From Antedon mediterranea (Eukaryota; Animalia; Echinodermata), in contig NC_092672.1 in assembly GCF_964355755.1 (NCBI RefSeq), positions 35,284,437 to 35,348,436 on the forward strand: a stretch of DNA of 64,000 bases, read 5' to 3'. The notes beneath the pieces are model-generated. The model did not search any database. It was not told the origin of the DNA and was given only the letters and a program-made list of their open reading frames with translations. Both the position numbers and the translations under genes were made by a program. How positions within the stretch are numbered: the first letter of the stretch is position 1; the number at the start of each line of letters is the position of its first letter. Of the stretch, positions 12,501-27,500 are shown piece by piece.

Positions 12501-15500
12501 TAAATTCACGGACATGGTCATTCACCTTCCATATAACCAGAGAAAACGCTTTAATGGGATAACAAAATATTTAAAAAAAAAACAAATGTTATTACTGATT
12601 TAATGTTGTTACTGATGCATAATTATAATAATATAAAAAGTTTGGAACGGATGCAACACTTGAATCACCAGATTGGTGTTTTTCGCAAGGCAAAAGTTAT
12701 CATTTACAGTACGTATAATTACAAAACTATACAAAAAGAGACACAATTCTTATCCAATACTGTACATTATACCTGTACATTAGACATCAAATATTATGCA
12801 GAGTATAGTCTCTAGAGTTATGGGTAAGAAATTTTGCAAAAATTGGGAGGTAAGATTATGCATGGATTAACAAAGGATCTTGCTGTCTTGTGTCCAAAAT
12901 TAGGGATTATAGCATGGGATTACTCAAGTCATATATGGTATCATTGTAATACTTATAATGGAAGATGAGCTGAAGTTAATATCAGCAAGGGAGATAATAA
13001 TATCGGTGAAAGAGATAACATCACCGAATATTATAACGATGTTGATTTCGCCAATGAGATTTATGTTACAAAGAAATCGTTGATTCTCGGCTTCATCAAA
13101 GACAAATTAACTCTCTGTGCTTCTCTCTTTATGACGTTAATTAGGCTGAAACACGGTCTGCAACTAAACAACTGAAAGATAAAATAAAACGACAAGATAG
13201 AAACCTTGATAAAATTGATTTCGTAGGGTTGTGGCCTCTGGTGATATTGCATGATTGGCCAAGAGGCAATTTGGTCTCGCATTTAATTTGTTTCCACTTT
13301 ACTACTAAAACAACCAATTAAGAAGTATCTTGATGGTTAAACAACGTTCTTATATCAAACGGTTTTCCTCCCTACCAGAAATACTTAATTAGTGTTCTAA
13401 CTAGTCATTTCTTTCTTGGCGCCGGTGGGAGTTAGTTCAATTCACAACTTTTCAATAGATTATCCATTATGGTTTTTGAATGCAAGAACATTTTAGTTTT
13501 AGTTAGTAGATCTTTTTTCTTCAGAATTTAATTTAAGATACAAAACAGAAAAATATGTAAAAAAAAAAACTTTTTAACCGTAACCGTTTTTCATTTTTCG
13601 TTTTATTTATTAAAATTATAAGAATATGTATTGTATTAATTGCACATAAGCTAAATAGGTAAATTTAGTAAAATTTTGTTTTCATTGAAAAATTGTTATT
13701 TTCCAGAATAAAACCAAGAAAAGGCTTAGCAATAACAGCTATACACTACTATGATGCTGTAATACCATGGCAACATTCAAACAGCTCCGACGAAGAATCC
13801 ACAACCATCACATACACCTTGACGTCTGCAGAGAGTCTAGAAGAGTTCAACGCATTGTAAGTATATGGTTTTTATTGATTAAAAAAATTGCATTACAAAT
13901 TTGACTTTCTAGTAATGTGCAGTACTGTCCTGTAGTGTTTTCTTTTACCAGTTAGTGCATTTTGATACTTTAGCCCGAGGTTAAATGAAAGGTCTATTGC
14001 ACAAACAAGCAAGGAGAGAAAGGTTGCCTTGAAATGCATCCACTAAACCATGGCTAAATCATTAAATCACACTTGTCATGATATCAAGTCACTTGCCTAT
14101 GACCTTGGCAATAGTCACTTTGAATCATAAATCCAGATAACTTAATTTGTCAGAAGAAATAAATAAATGAAAAAAATGATGACCAGTAAGATACAGTAGC
14201 TCCCTCGCTTGAAAGTATGCTCCGCAGACGATATCATATCGGATAGTGCTCAATGCAATTTCTTCTTTTCGTAAATACATCATCTTTCAGAAAGAGGTAT
14301 ATTGTTGGTGTATCTAAAAGCGGCGCTCTCCATCGTTGGTTTGTTTAAATTTAAATGTTTGTTGTGTGTGAATGAATGAATGTGTTGTTTCCACAGCATT
14401 TATTTGTCCTATATAAAATATCAGAAATTTGCTTTCTGTACACCACATATAGCAAAAACACATTTAGTATAGTTTTCTTGACCTTTACCTGGTAATGATG
14501 GAACGGAGGGGCATGCTTGGAAAGAGTAAAGGTGGAAAATCATAAAATCCTCAGATGAAAACATGATCTTCAATGTCATTTTGTCTCTTTTTTATGTTGA
14601 ATGATTGTTTCTATTTTCATATTCTTGAATTCAATGCTGACTGTAGGCCATAAGTGTAATAAATCCGTTGTTGCAAACCTAGATAGATGTGAACAGCACA
14701 CAGCAGATCTAGGAGTCTTTCAACACTAAGCCTTCTGCTAGGCCAAGATTTCAAGTTTCTTTGTGAATTCAATGTTCAACAGCTTACATAAAGTAGCTTC
14801 AAAGAGGTTACATCCTGCTATGAATTTGCTCACAGGATTTTGTGACTCATTCAAATTTTGATATAATCTTAAGCTCTGTCTACACAAAAAAATATGATAT
14901 GCCCATACAGTATATGGACATCATGATGTCATATCACTACCATATTTAAGCATATCACTACCATATTTGGGCACATCACACTGTTTTTGTCAAACTAGTT
15001 TGATAGTGTAGACAATATCAAGTTGATATTAAAACTACACACTTATTGAACTATGAATCAAGATTAAATCTAGTTGATAAAAAATATTTTTTTCAATTCA
15101 AAACTAGTACGTCAAACATTAATATTTTAAATTTTAATTACTGTAAGTAACCATGAAAAAATACATTACATAATTTCTGCATGCTGTAATATAAAATAAA
15201 ACTGAAAAATAAATTGAAAACATCAGTAATTTAGTGGTGTTTTCATGCCATCCAAAAATTAACCGAAAAATATTTTTATTCAAAACATTATGCAATATAG
15301 AAATGTTTTTATTTTTTTTATCTTGGTCTGCTTGAAATAAGATATCAGTCTTTAGTTGATGCCGTAATCGCTTCATATCTTATCTAGGCCAGTATTTATG
15401 GTTATGCTATAGATCCAGTCTTTACAAGATGCCGCTATACATATTATCTAGGCCATTATATTGCTGTTTTGCAGCGGATTCATTTCCACTTTAATCCGTG

Positions 15501-18500
15501 AGTTTTAGTCGCACAGCAGACGAATCAAAGGATTGATTAACTTCTTAATCATTCTCAGAAACGAAATAAAGTGGTATGATTATAATTACAAGATTATGAT
15601 AAAACATTCATTTTAATGAATTTTTCTCATTTTCACAAATCCTTTGAAATGCTCGTGTACAACATTTTCCAAATTGTTTAATTATTTATTAATGCCATAT
15701 AACAAAATTAAACACATTACTTGTTGGTACCTTGTACAATAGCAAGAATAATGAAAAGCGAAAACAGAATTTTAATTTGTATATATAAATACTTATTGAT
15801 GGATTCAAACATGTACTACAAAGGGAGAGAGGCATTATATACCAATAGATAAAAGTTTTGGTCCTCTCTCCTTCATCTTTTTTGTTTTCTTTGTAATGTA
15901 TTATACCATATGGACAATTGTCTGAAATAAAAATTGAATTGAAATTGAATAGCATTATTATATAAGTTTCCATTATCATACAGCGTGTACTGTAGGCCTT
16001 CTATATAGGTTTCTTGTATTTTAAAACACTTGCGCCATTTAATAATACCATAATATAAAAAAATTGAACATATTAATTTTTGGTACCTTGTACAATACCA
16101 TTATTAAATAAGTGTACATTATTATATAGCATTTAATGTAGGCCTTGTATAGGTTCTTTCTTGTATTATAAAACATTTGCATATACAGAATACAAAGTTT
16201 TTATAAAGGAAATCCATGGGGAATTGTTACATGAACTCTGCCGTCTATGACCTGTTTGTCGGAACAATTTAAGTACAGTAGTCCGGGCTTAATCCTAAAG
16301 AATCACTTTAAAACACTACTAAAGTTGGTTTCTTAAGCCCGCTTCCGCTGTGTAGTCGCTAACAAAGTTCTAGACAAGATGAGCATGATATTAATCTTAA
16401 AACTTCATCACTAGCGATCGAGAATTTTTGCGTGTGCCAATGCCGCTAATGCAACTTAAAATGTTAATACTGCGATAATATCAATGTCGGTGTTGTTATC
16501 TTACGGATTACGTCGGCTTGTTATTTCCATTGGGAAACATTTGGGAACTATCAAGTTGAGGATCATACAACATTTTAAGTAGCGGTTTGTCTGTCCTTCA
16601 ACATCTTTTGAAAGAGTATACAGACTTTGTAATGTCACATAGAACAAAGATGATTTGATTTTTTTTATATATTAAATTTTAAAAGAAAAAGTTATACTGA
16701 AGCAATAAGAAAACATTTCTGGTTCAATTTCAGTAAGCTATCATCTTTGATAGTAATGTTTTCTAGCCTTGACATTTTTTTTCAAAATATCATAACATTA
16801 TATGACGTGTCATATTATCATGTTAAACCACACATCTATCTAGCTCTGTCTACACTATCAAACTAGTTTGACAAAGTGTGATGTGCCCAAATATGGTAGT
16901 GATATTCCCAAATTTGGTAGTGATATGACATCATCCTGTCTTTATACTGTATGGGCACATCACATAAAGTTTGATAGTGTAGACAAGGTTTATGAATTCG
17001 TTTGTATCTTCCAATTTATAAAAAATCGCTTGCGATCTTTTGAAGGGGAAAATAGAATTGCTAATTTCAGGTTTTTAATCTCACTAAGAAGTTTGAAATA
17101 TATAGACTACGTGTAATTATTATTTAAATAAACATCTGATCCTGATTTAGACTTTTTAATAAAATATTGCAAGAAGATGTTTCTTTTTACATCCTTGCCC
17201 TTAACATGCACTCTAAAATCAATGTTTTCAAAGTACTAGAGTACATATAACAGCATCAATCAAATAGCATTATAAGGTAGTACAATGATAAAACATTAAT
17301 GTACCTATGAGCTGACATGTTTAAACAAGCTTTACCATGTTGGAATAAGAGCAATGATAAAACATTAATGTACCCATGAGCTGACATGTTTAAACAAGCT
17401 TTACCATGTTTGAATAAGAGGAATGGTATCTTCATTGGGATATAAAAAGTAAAACCATGAATATTTTTCAAAAACATATTTCTATGAAAACAAATATTGT
17501 TTACTTTTAATATTCATAAAGCTGGTAAATCCCTTTTTTAGAAATTATCTCTTTTCAGGAAACAGTGAAATTGCACTCTTCCCTGCTCTTTTCAATAAAA
17601 TAAAATAAATGTTTTGATAGCCCAATATCATGGACCAACAAAATATGTTTTAATCGTACGTGTCATGAGTAAAGGATGCGGCTTCAAACTAGCGTATCTG
17701 ATTGGTTCGATGCCTCTTATAGGATCTCTAGTTGTTTTAATTATCTCCGATACAAACAGGACATTTAAGACCAAGTTAACAGTTGGATAACACTAACACT
17801 ACATCATATAAAAATCTTGTTTCATTTCCAGACAAAGTTATGCTTGTAGATTTTAATTACCAGGTCCTGGAATGTTTACCCTATCTTTTTATTTCAGGTG
17901 ATAATTAAACTTTGTCCGATTATTTTTCTTTTCCTTATGGACACCATAGAGCCAATCACAACTTAGGATCTGAATCGTAAAAAACAGAAGACATAAAAAG
18001 GGGTTCCTTAAAGTGACATTTATGCTGTAGTAAAGCAGGCTGTGGTAGATACAAGATTTTACGAGTAATCAATAGCGTCCTGCATGGTCGACAAGACCAT
18101 TAATCTTTCCGCAAATAAACCAGAACAAAGAATTTCCATCCAGTAAAAACACTTTGGTACTTTTAAATAATTAAAATAAAATCTTTTAAAATGCTGGTAA
18201 ATCTTGAAAAGTTATCCCTCTAAGGAATAATTATCATCAGTTTTAATTTATTACAGCATCACTTTAATTTTTCATATTTTAATATTTATCATCAAGTTAG
18301 CTTTAACAAAATTCTCAAACCAGTCGTAAATTTTCTGAAGGCTAAAGGTCTTTGTGGATGTGGCAGATGTCTGTGTATTTTTGTTACAAATTATTGCTTT
18401 TAACTTTAAAACTAAAGAAATTTTAAGAAGTAAGTAATATTGATAATGATATACTGCCATTTGATGGTGTCCTTTGCTTTGTGGTGTATAAATTTATTGT

Positions 18501-21500
18501 TGCTGGCTGATTTATGTTTACCTACAGTACCTGTCTGACATCAGTCAGTGAATGCAATCTTTAGCTGCTTCTGTACTTAAAATTGGCCTAGCACACAGAA
18601 TGATTACAATACGTCGTCGTGGAAATTTCCCCCCTTTTCCCACTGCAGGGGAGTGTCTTAACGGAGGTGCTGATGTTGTGGCCGACCCATATTAATTTTT
18701 TTCTACATAATACATATTTAATCTCAATTTGTTTTTGTTCATGAATGTTGTCTGGTATGTACATGTATGTACTATACATGTAAATGGTATCCAAACTGAC
18801 AAGCACCTGCTTTTTATGGTACTCTATTGAACATGTCATCCACATTACAAAACATACTGTAAGAATGTAACAAACTTCCCAGGTCACAGCTTGGAGGAAG
18901 AAAGCATATGCAGGGCAAAACACTTAACATAAGAAGGAAAACAATAATTGTAAATGAATAGAGATGACTAATACAGTTAGTAGTGTACAAAGTAGACCAA
19001 TGAACACTAGCAATTTAGTATTAGATTCTTCATTTTTTGTTAAGTTAAAAATGTCAAAATTAATGTTTGCTGGTTAGAAAAAAAGTGGTTTTTTTTGTCT
19101 AGCAAGGTTACTTTAGTCTGTGGTATTTGCTTGCTATGCGTTGCTTATTTTTCTAGGGTTTTTACAACTACTGTAGCGTACAACTATTTGCTAGTGGTAA
19201 AAAAAAGAAACAATTGTCATAAAATATATAAAATAAGAAAATGTTTTTCAATTTGAAAAAAGATGTACAGTACAGATCATTTTATTGAGGCAAATTTTGG
19301 TTCATACTCATAGAAAAAAAGTTAAAATGCAATTATAATATTACCTCATTATTTTAGCCTATTTTACACTTTTCTCTATAGTATTAGTAGTTGAATGAAT
19401 GAATCAGCATGCTTGTCACTTTGTGGGTTGTTGCAATTTCTGCCGAAACATCCCAGGAGACGAACTAGCTCACCCAGAGAGATTATCAAATATTTTTAAA
19501 TATCACTACATCAAACGCCCCCAGGGATTGAAATCTTTTCAGAGAATATTTTTCAGGATTATAATAGGTGGTATTTATTGTTGTGAATCGGCTAGTTATG
19601 AAAGATTTAACAAAAGCTGTGCGGCTTAACTTCATCTGCGTATGAACGTGACAATAGCAATGTCGACATGAAAACATTAAAGCTGCGGTATCTTGAGCAG
19701 AGTTGGATTTTATTCCAAGGAGAAATAAATTATTCTGTTTGTCTGTGTCGGCTTATATTCTAACGTCGCTCCGTTAACTTCCGATAGTTACAACCGTCGA
19801 CCTTTGTCTTAATTTACAGTCTCAAATTCAGTTTACCTCACAACATGTATGCTTCTGATCCAGTTTCTTTTATCGTAAATTTTATGGTATTTTCAGGACG
19901 TGATTTATTCTAATCAAAATCATCCCTGTCATGATGTAATTAGGTATTGGATATTTCACAAGTAGGATATTTAATTACACGGAGATTGCCACCAGCTTCC
20001 AGGAGAGCAACCGGTTTTATTTGCACTTAACCTGTTAATATCCCAATTTCATAGGTTAAACGAGGTCACCAACTTGCTTTTACCATTCTTTTTGTTTGAG
20101 ACAAAAAAATCTGATCATAAAATCATCAAACTTGTCAAGAATAGACCTACTTTTTTGACAAATTTAGTAATATTTAAATTTGTATAGAACACAGTATTGT
20201 GTATATATAATTTCATAGATGTAAGAATTGCAGCGTTAAAAAAAAAATACCCAAACTTGCTTTATGATACGTATACAGACAATTCTTCATGCTCTTTGAA
20301 AAAAGAAAAACAATTCTGAGCATAAAATCATCAAACTTGTCAAGAATAGACCTACTTCTTTTGATAAATTTAGTAATATTTTAAATTTGTATAGAACACA
20401 GTATCGTGTGTATAGTATACAGTATATACAGTATGCCATAGAATGGGATGTAGGAAGCAGAATTGAAAAATAAAATACAGAAATGAAGAATTTTCAAATG
20501 AAATGGGTCACTGAAATGCCAGCATGCAGTTCTTTGTATTTTTATAGTCTCAAGTTCCTTTGTGAAGCTGATGCAAGTGGGTTAAATGTTCAATTTATTA
20601 ATAGGTTATTGTACAGAAATCAGAGCAATTCAATAAATGAATAATATATTCGGTAAAAAATTATTCTGGTTCTGAAAAAACACCACATAATATTTTAGCT
20701 TGCAAATATAACTTGAAACATACAAAACTAATATTTATATATCTGTACGGATTCGGTAAAAATATTCTGGTTCTGAAAAAACACCACATAGTATTTGGAG
20801 GTTTTAGCTTGTAAATATAACTTGAAACATGCAAAACTAATAATTATATTATGTATATACCCGTACAGTAAATAAAATGTAAAATTATGTGCTATGGTAT
20901 ATAACTGTTGCTCTTAGCAGACACGATACTACAGAAAGTTTATTGTCACTAGACATGATACTGTATAATTATATCAACTGAACAGACTTTAAAAAAGATA
21001 TCATTTCTACTGTACTTATTAGTGGATATATCCTTGTGAATTAAGTATGAAACCAAAAGAAGTGTAATGGTCTCTTATCAGACTTATTATGTTAACAGAC
21101 ATTATTTATGATGCATTACACAGAAAACGAGCATTATTGAATGTGGCTCCAACATGTTCTATCGCAATGATTGACATGCCGTCTGCAAAACTAAAATTAA
21201 TGTACTAGAAAATTCATAAATAGTATTTGTCATTATGTTTACAGAATTCTAAATGACCAATTTGAGAATGAAATATTTTATAGTATTAATGTGAATTGTT
21301 ATCCTTTCTTTCAGACCGCCTCGAGAGGTGCCAATATTTCTGGTTGAGTTTAAAGTGATGAACGAATCCAGTAATAGCCGTCACATCAGTTGGAAAGTTG
21401 ACATTATGCAAGATGGCGTCACGGAGTCAACAAAGCTGTCGGCCAAGGTTAGCTTAAGCAGAGTCAACGTGTTGGCGCTTATACCGATTGCTGAGGTGAG

Positions 21501-24500
21501 AATTAATGTGGCTTGTAATTATTACAATATCTGTGTTTTTTAAGAAATAAAGTTAAGCTCAACTTTTTTATACATCCGGTAAAAAGTTTATTTCATACTT
21601 CCATCGAACACAAGATATGATGATGTCATATCACTACCATATTTAAGGATATTACTAACATATTTGGGAACATCACACTTTTTATGTCAAACTAGTTGGG
21701 ATAGTGTAGTCAGAGTGAATACCACTTTATAAACTTACTGTAGTGTTTAAGAGAAATATCTTAATTTAGTGTGATTGGTGAGTACAGCCACTTGTGGTGT
21801 TCTTTCTAAAAAAATGTCTTTAAAAAATTCCTTAATATGCATCGTTAAAACTGGATTTTTTCTTGGAAAATAAGACATGATCTACCAAAAAAAAAACCAT
21901 TTTTCTCTGGGTTTCGTTTTAGTATATTGATATGACTAAACTGTCTTGAAACGTAATTTTAAATTACTGGTTTACAAAACTACATAATTAGTTCTTAGCA
22001 GTTATAATTCTTTCATGTTTATAAATTTGTGGTCCTTTTTGAAATAATCTTGATTGGTAATCTATGTAATCAGGCTGAATTCTCTGATATTTACATTGTC
22101 TGTATATTTGATAGCGTCATTAACATATTCATTGAGGGAGATAAAGAAAGAAAACATACTGATTTCCCTGGGGAGTGTTGATTGAATCTCAGTATTGATT
22201 GTATAAGGCATTAAATAAACACAACCACATTTAAATTATTTCATTAGTACAAAATGCTTATTATACCGTCCAATGTATGCATTCAGTCATATCATCATTT
22301 ATTTGTTACCATGTATTATTAAACATATTTATTCCTTTGCATAGTTCGTTAAATATTTATGCATTTAGTTATTCACTCAAGAACCTTTTAATACATTTTT
22401 TAATAGAAATATCTTTTCTAATGTTTAATTCATAGATTAATATCATTTACTATAGTATTGCATTCATAATATAACTGTCTGTACCATGGTTTTTTTGTTA
22501 AGGTCCATTTACACTAGGACGATAACGATCAACGATAAATAGACAAATATGCATTTTTCATACATAAAACAAAAAAAATATAAAACTTTTCTTCCTAGAA
22601 CTATAGAATAACAATCTATGCTTCCTTTGATGAAAATGATATTTTCACACGTCCAATCAAATGACGTCATGATTAGTAAGAGCAAAAATATTCTTATATA
22701 AATTTGTTTTTATTTATCATGACGTCAATTGATGGGAATTTAAAAAATATTTTATCGAAGGAAGCATAGATGGTTATTCTGTAGTTCTAGAACAAAAACC
22801 TTTCTAATTTCTTTTGTTTTATGTAAAAAAAAATGCATGCTTTATATATTTATCACCGATCGTTATTGTCCTAGTGTAAATGGGCCTTTATGCTTTATTT
22901 TTCAATTTTGTAGTGAACAATACATTTTAAAATCTAAAAAACGGCCTTTGTTATAAAAGATCCTTCAGTATGCAATAGCTAATCCAAGAATAGGTAAATG
23001 GTCACATTATCAATATGGCAGCTAATCCTATAACTTGCTATGAGATTAAACGGATTAGAACAGATAATCTATAGCCGCTGTACAAAATCTGTACACAATT
23101 GAAATTATATGCAGGATTAGTATAATATATTACGAGCAGATTAAAGCGATCTTGTTGCTACGGTGAAGGGTTTCACGTTTTCTAGAACGTGAACTTCTGA
23201 CCTTTTCAGATGTTTATCGATGTAATCGGTTTGTTAGGTAAAAAAAACCGATTCTAAATTAGACAATGTTTTTCATGGCTCGTTTTACAAGCCATTAAAA
23301 TAGAAATTTGTTTCTCGGCTTTGACTTGTTAATGTATCCGGTGTGTTTCAGTGAGTCACATAAACTGTATTGTATTTAGAAAAGGTGAATTTTTAAAAGG
23401 TCTCATATAGTATGAATAGAATGCTGAAAAAGAAGACTATAAATAAAACTTTCTACTGTTTTAAGCAGCTTTGGTATTTATCAATGTTAAAACTAAAGTT
23501 TAAATCACAAGTGAACACAATAAATATAAACCATCTATGACATTTATTTTTAAACAAATTAAAATAATATTAAGAATCTAACTAATTATATCCATGAACA
23601 TCCATACCAAATGCTTAGTGTATAATGTTGAACTTTCTAGATAAACTATAGAAATATATATATAACTTAAAGTAATTATACTTTCTTGGGTAATATTATA
23701 CAATTATTTAATTGTTATGTTATTATCCCGATAATATTAAAAATCCATATTATGTAAATATATTATATAAATAGATAGTGTTACATGTCAAATTGTACCA
23801 AAATAATATTTTATACTTGCATAAATATTGTATTGCTGTGAATTTTAATACTAATAGTCACGCCATATGTTTAAAGTATTGCAATGCCAGTGCAATTTGC
23901 CAAATAGCTATACAAACTGTACTAGCTATATTTTTACCAGTAACAGTAGTTATATTATGCTGTAATGTTTAATAGCTTGATATATTACTATTATTATATT
24001 ATTATATTACTGGTTCTGTGGTATTGAAATGTACTAATATTTTATTATCTTTCTTTATGGTTAAAAGGCCAGGTGCGAGCAAAAAATTTCTAGTGATCAT
24101 ACATTCCAATAATTATCGTTCTGTAGTTCACCTATGTGTCATAATTTTTGGGATTTTATTTGTGTTACACAAGCTTGTTGAAAATAAGCACTTTCTTATC
24201 AGTGGGGGGATAGTTCAAATTACACAGTAAAATCTCTATTCTTTTGTACACAAATTTTGTAAATAGAGAGGCATTTTAAACGGTGTGGTAAAAAATGTTA
24301 TCGGATGACTAAATATAGGTAATATAACTTGAATATTACATTTCTGATATTTTTATTCAACTTCAGATTTTTATTTTCATGCTGTAGCAAAAATTATCCA
24401 CCGTATATCCATCATCTTTTTTCACCGTCTAGGGAGTCACCAGACATGTTATTACATTAGGTTAACTACCTAACTACTGAAAAAAGGTCTTTCTGGTTTT

Positions 24501-27500
24501 TATGGAAGAATTTTGCCAAATTTTGTATTTGACCATATTAAGAGAAATTCATGTTTTTTCGTCTTGATTTCTGTTACAAATATTTGATTTATGTACAATT
24601 AACCAAATATTATATTTAAACTTCATGCCTGTATCTGAGCTTTAAGTTAATTGTTTTATAGTGTAATATATAGTACAATGAACTTACATTTTAAGCTCTG
24701 TCCACACTATGAAACTTTATATGACAAAACAATATGATGTGGCCATTTATAGATATTATGATGTCATATTATCACTACCATATTTGGGTATACCACTACC
24801 ATATTTGGGCATATTGTACTAGTTTTATAGTGTAACTAGAGCTTTACTTATAATACTTTATAATACAAAAACATAACAATTAATGTTATGAATTTACGGT
24901 ATTATAATATAAAATGTGAGGTAATATAACTTTTGTTGTTTTTTCTTTATAATAGAAAACTGAATTGGTGAATACTGCAGTTTTGAATAACGAAAAAGTT
25001 CGTGCTAAGCTGAAAGTGTTTGCTATCTCCCAAGACCATAGTGTAGTGGACGTCACAAACCAATCTGCCTGTACATCAGCTGACAAGAACATTCTTAAGG
25101 TAAGTCTATTGGTCCAGAGTAGATCCAGCAGGGCAAGTCCAGTAGGGGTAGGTCCAGCAGGGGCAGGTCCAGCAGGAGTCCATATTATATTAATTAATAG
25201 TCTGTTAAAAATAGATATCATAAAGTAGCTCATAATTTTAGTTTAGCTGTCAAAAGAGGGAGCATTTGTGCCTGTTTGTAGACAAGACATTGTAGTAGAC
25301 CATATAGACTAAAGCTCTGTCTACACTATCAAACTTTATGCGACCAAAAAATGTGATGTGCCTATATATGGACACGATGATGTCATATCACTACCATATT
25401 AAGCATATCACTACCATATTAAGCATATCACTACCATATTTGGGCACAGCATACTTTTTTTGTCAAACTAGTTTGATAGTGTAGACAGAGCTTAAAGGAT
25501 TACCAAGCAATCAAGTGCATACTCAATTGCTAACAGTGATATAATAAAATGTTGAGGCATTTGCACCAATTGGAAGTCTTCACTTATCACCACTATATTG
25601 TATAACACCAAATTACAACAGCTTTTACGGGAAGATTTCACAATCTTGTGGTATTTTTACAAACCACATCTGCTCCTAAGCCACCCTTTTAGGCATCGCA
25701 TACGAGCAGGTTTATGATATCGATGTAGGGGGTTTCTGGAGTGACATTTATGCCGCAGTAAACTTGCCTGGTAGATAAAAGTATTTTACGAGTACAGTAA
25801 TCAAAATTGTTATGCTGTACACAACTGGCATAAGCAGCTGTTAATCATTACGTCGAGCATCAAATCGGGATGGTGAAATCGCGGTCACGTTCCTCCTCAA
25901 ACACCGTGCCGTCTTCTGCGCAAGAATTGTTTAGTTTCCGCCTTCATTTAATAATAGGTTTAGAATTGTGAATTTATTTATATATTTTGAGGAAAATAAA
26001 TTTCGGACAAAAAAATTCCTAAAAAATAAATGCTTTTTTCCCCCTTTATACGCATCCAACAGCAAGTAATAAACTATTTAATAATTTATCGTGCTTATAA
26101 ATGAAGTCTCATTTGAGGCTTAGGGAGTGGAGTTGTGAGTTATTACCTTGGTACTAGGTCAGGATTGATTGGATTGGAAGGCAAGCAAGCGCAAGCTAGA
26201 GCTCCACTACGCTTTACGGCTTAATATAATATAAAATAGTTTGTTTTAAGCCTCTGGAAAATATTGTATTTTTGTGTATTTTTTCAGGTAGAGCAAAATT
26301 GCAGCTATATGTTCTTTGATGGCAGTGAAGATAGTAGCAGATCTGACATCAGTATTACTGTCAACTACCAGGGCAAATCTGTAGATCTCAGTCTGTGGGT
26401 GTGGATACCTGAGCTCCCTCTGATCATTGAGCTGTCTGACCAGAAACTAAGCCTGATTAAGGAATGGAAAGTTCCACACAGAGGTCTCAGAAGGTGATTA
26501 TAACACTATACTACTATTATTTTGCTAAAAATGTATTGCGCAATATTTCCCAAGTGGGACCTACCATAGGACAACTGCTTACTTTTTTTAAAACACAATC
26601 CAAGATATCTTGTAATTGCATCGAAAATGTTCCATACAAATTAACTCCTTATAACATTTTTTTAAACATTTATAAACCCATGCATCCTCTCACCCTCTCT
26701 TAACTTCCAATCTCAAGTCCCATCAGAAACCAAGTCTGATTGAGAGAATTTCCATCATACAAAGGCATCAGAATATTTATATTATTCTATTAGTCTATAT
26801 CGTGCCTAGATTACTTGGATAAACCGACAACAGCCTACTCTCCTCATAAAAAAAACTAAAACTCTGGATTGATTGAAAACAAGTTTTTAATTTTGTAGCA
26901 ATAAAGGGCAGTTTACTTGTATAAACCTCTGTCTACACTATCAAACTAGTTTGATAAAAAAAGTGGGATGTATCCGAATATGGTAGTGATATACCCAAAT
27001 ACGGTAGTGATATGACATCATCATCTCCATATATGGGCACATCACATTTTTTTGTCACATAAAGTTTGATGTGTAGACAGAGCTTAAGAAACAGAAATAA
27101 AGGTTAAAACTAAGGTTAAAATTTATGAGCTCTGCAAAGCTCAGAAGAAAGTGTACATATTTAATTTGGTAGTATTTCAAATCAAAGTACATTCTTTTGA
27201 ATTAATTTGCATCATTAAAGTACAATTAGTAATTATATAATCTATGTTTTGATGCTCACCGCATCTGAAGAATCATTGGCAGCAGTTTATGACCGATCGT
27301 GCCGTACGAAATCAAGCGTTTTACCGTTACCATACAATTAGTTGGGATAAATATCGATCAAGTGCAATAAATCAGTATAATACATGTTTAGAAAGCGAAG
27401 AAGTCTTGACATTTCACCACGAGTCTTTCAATCGCACATTTCTATTGAAGAAGTCAATGTACAGTATAAAGAAAAAAATAAATAGATTTTAAAAATGTCA

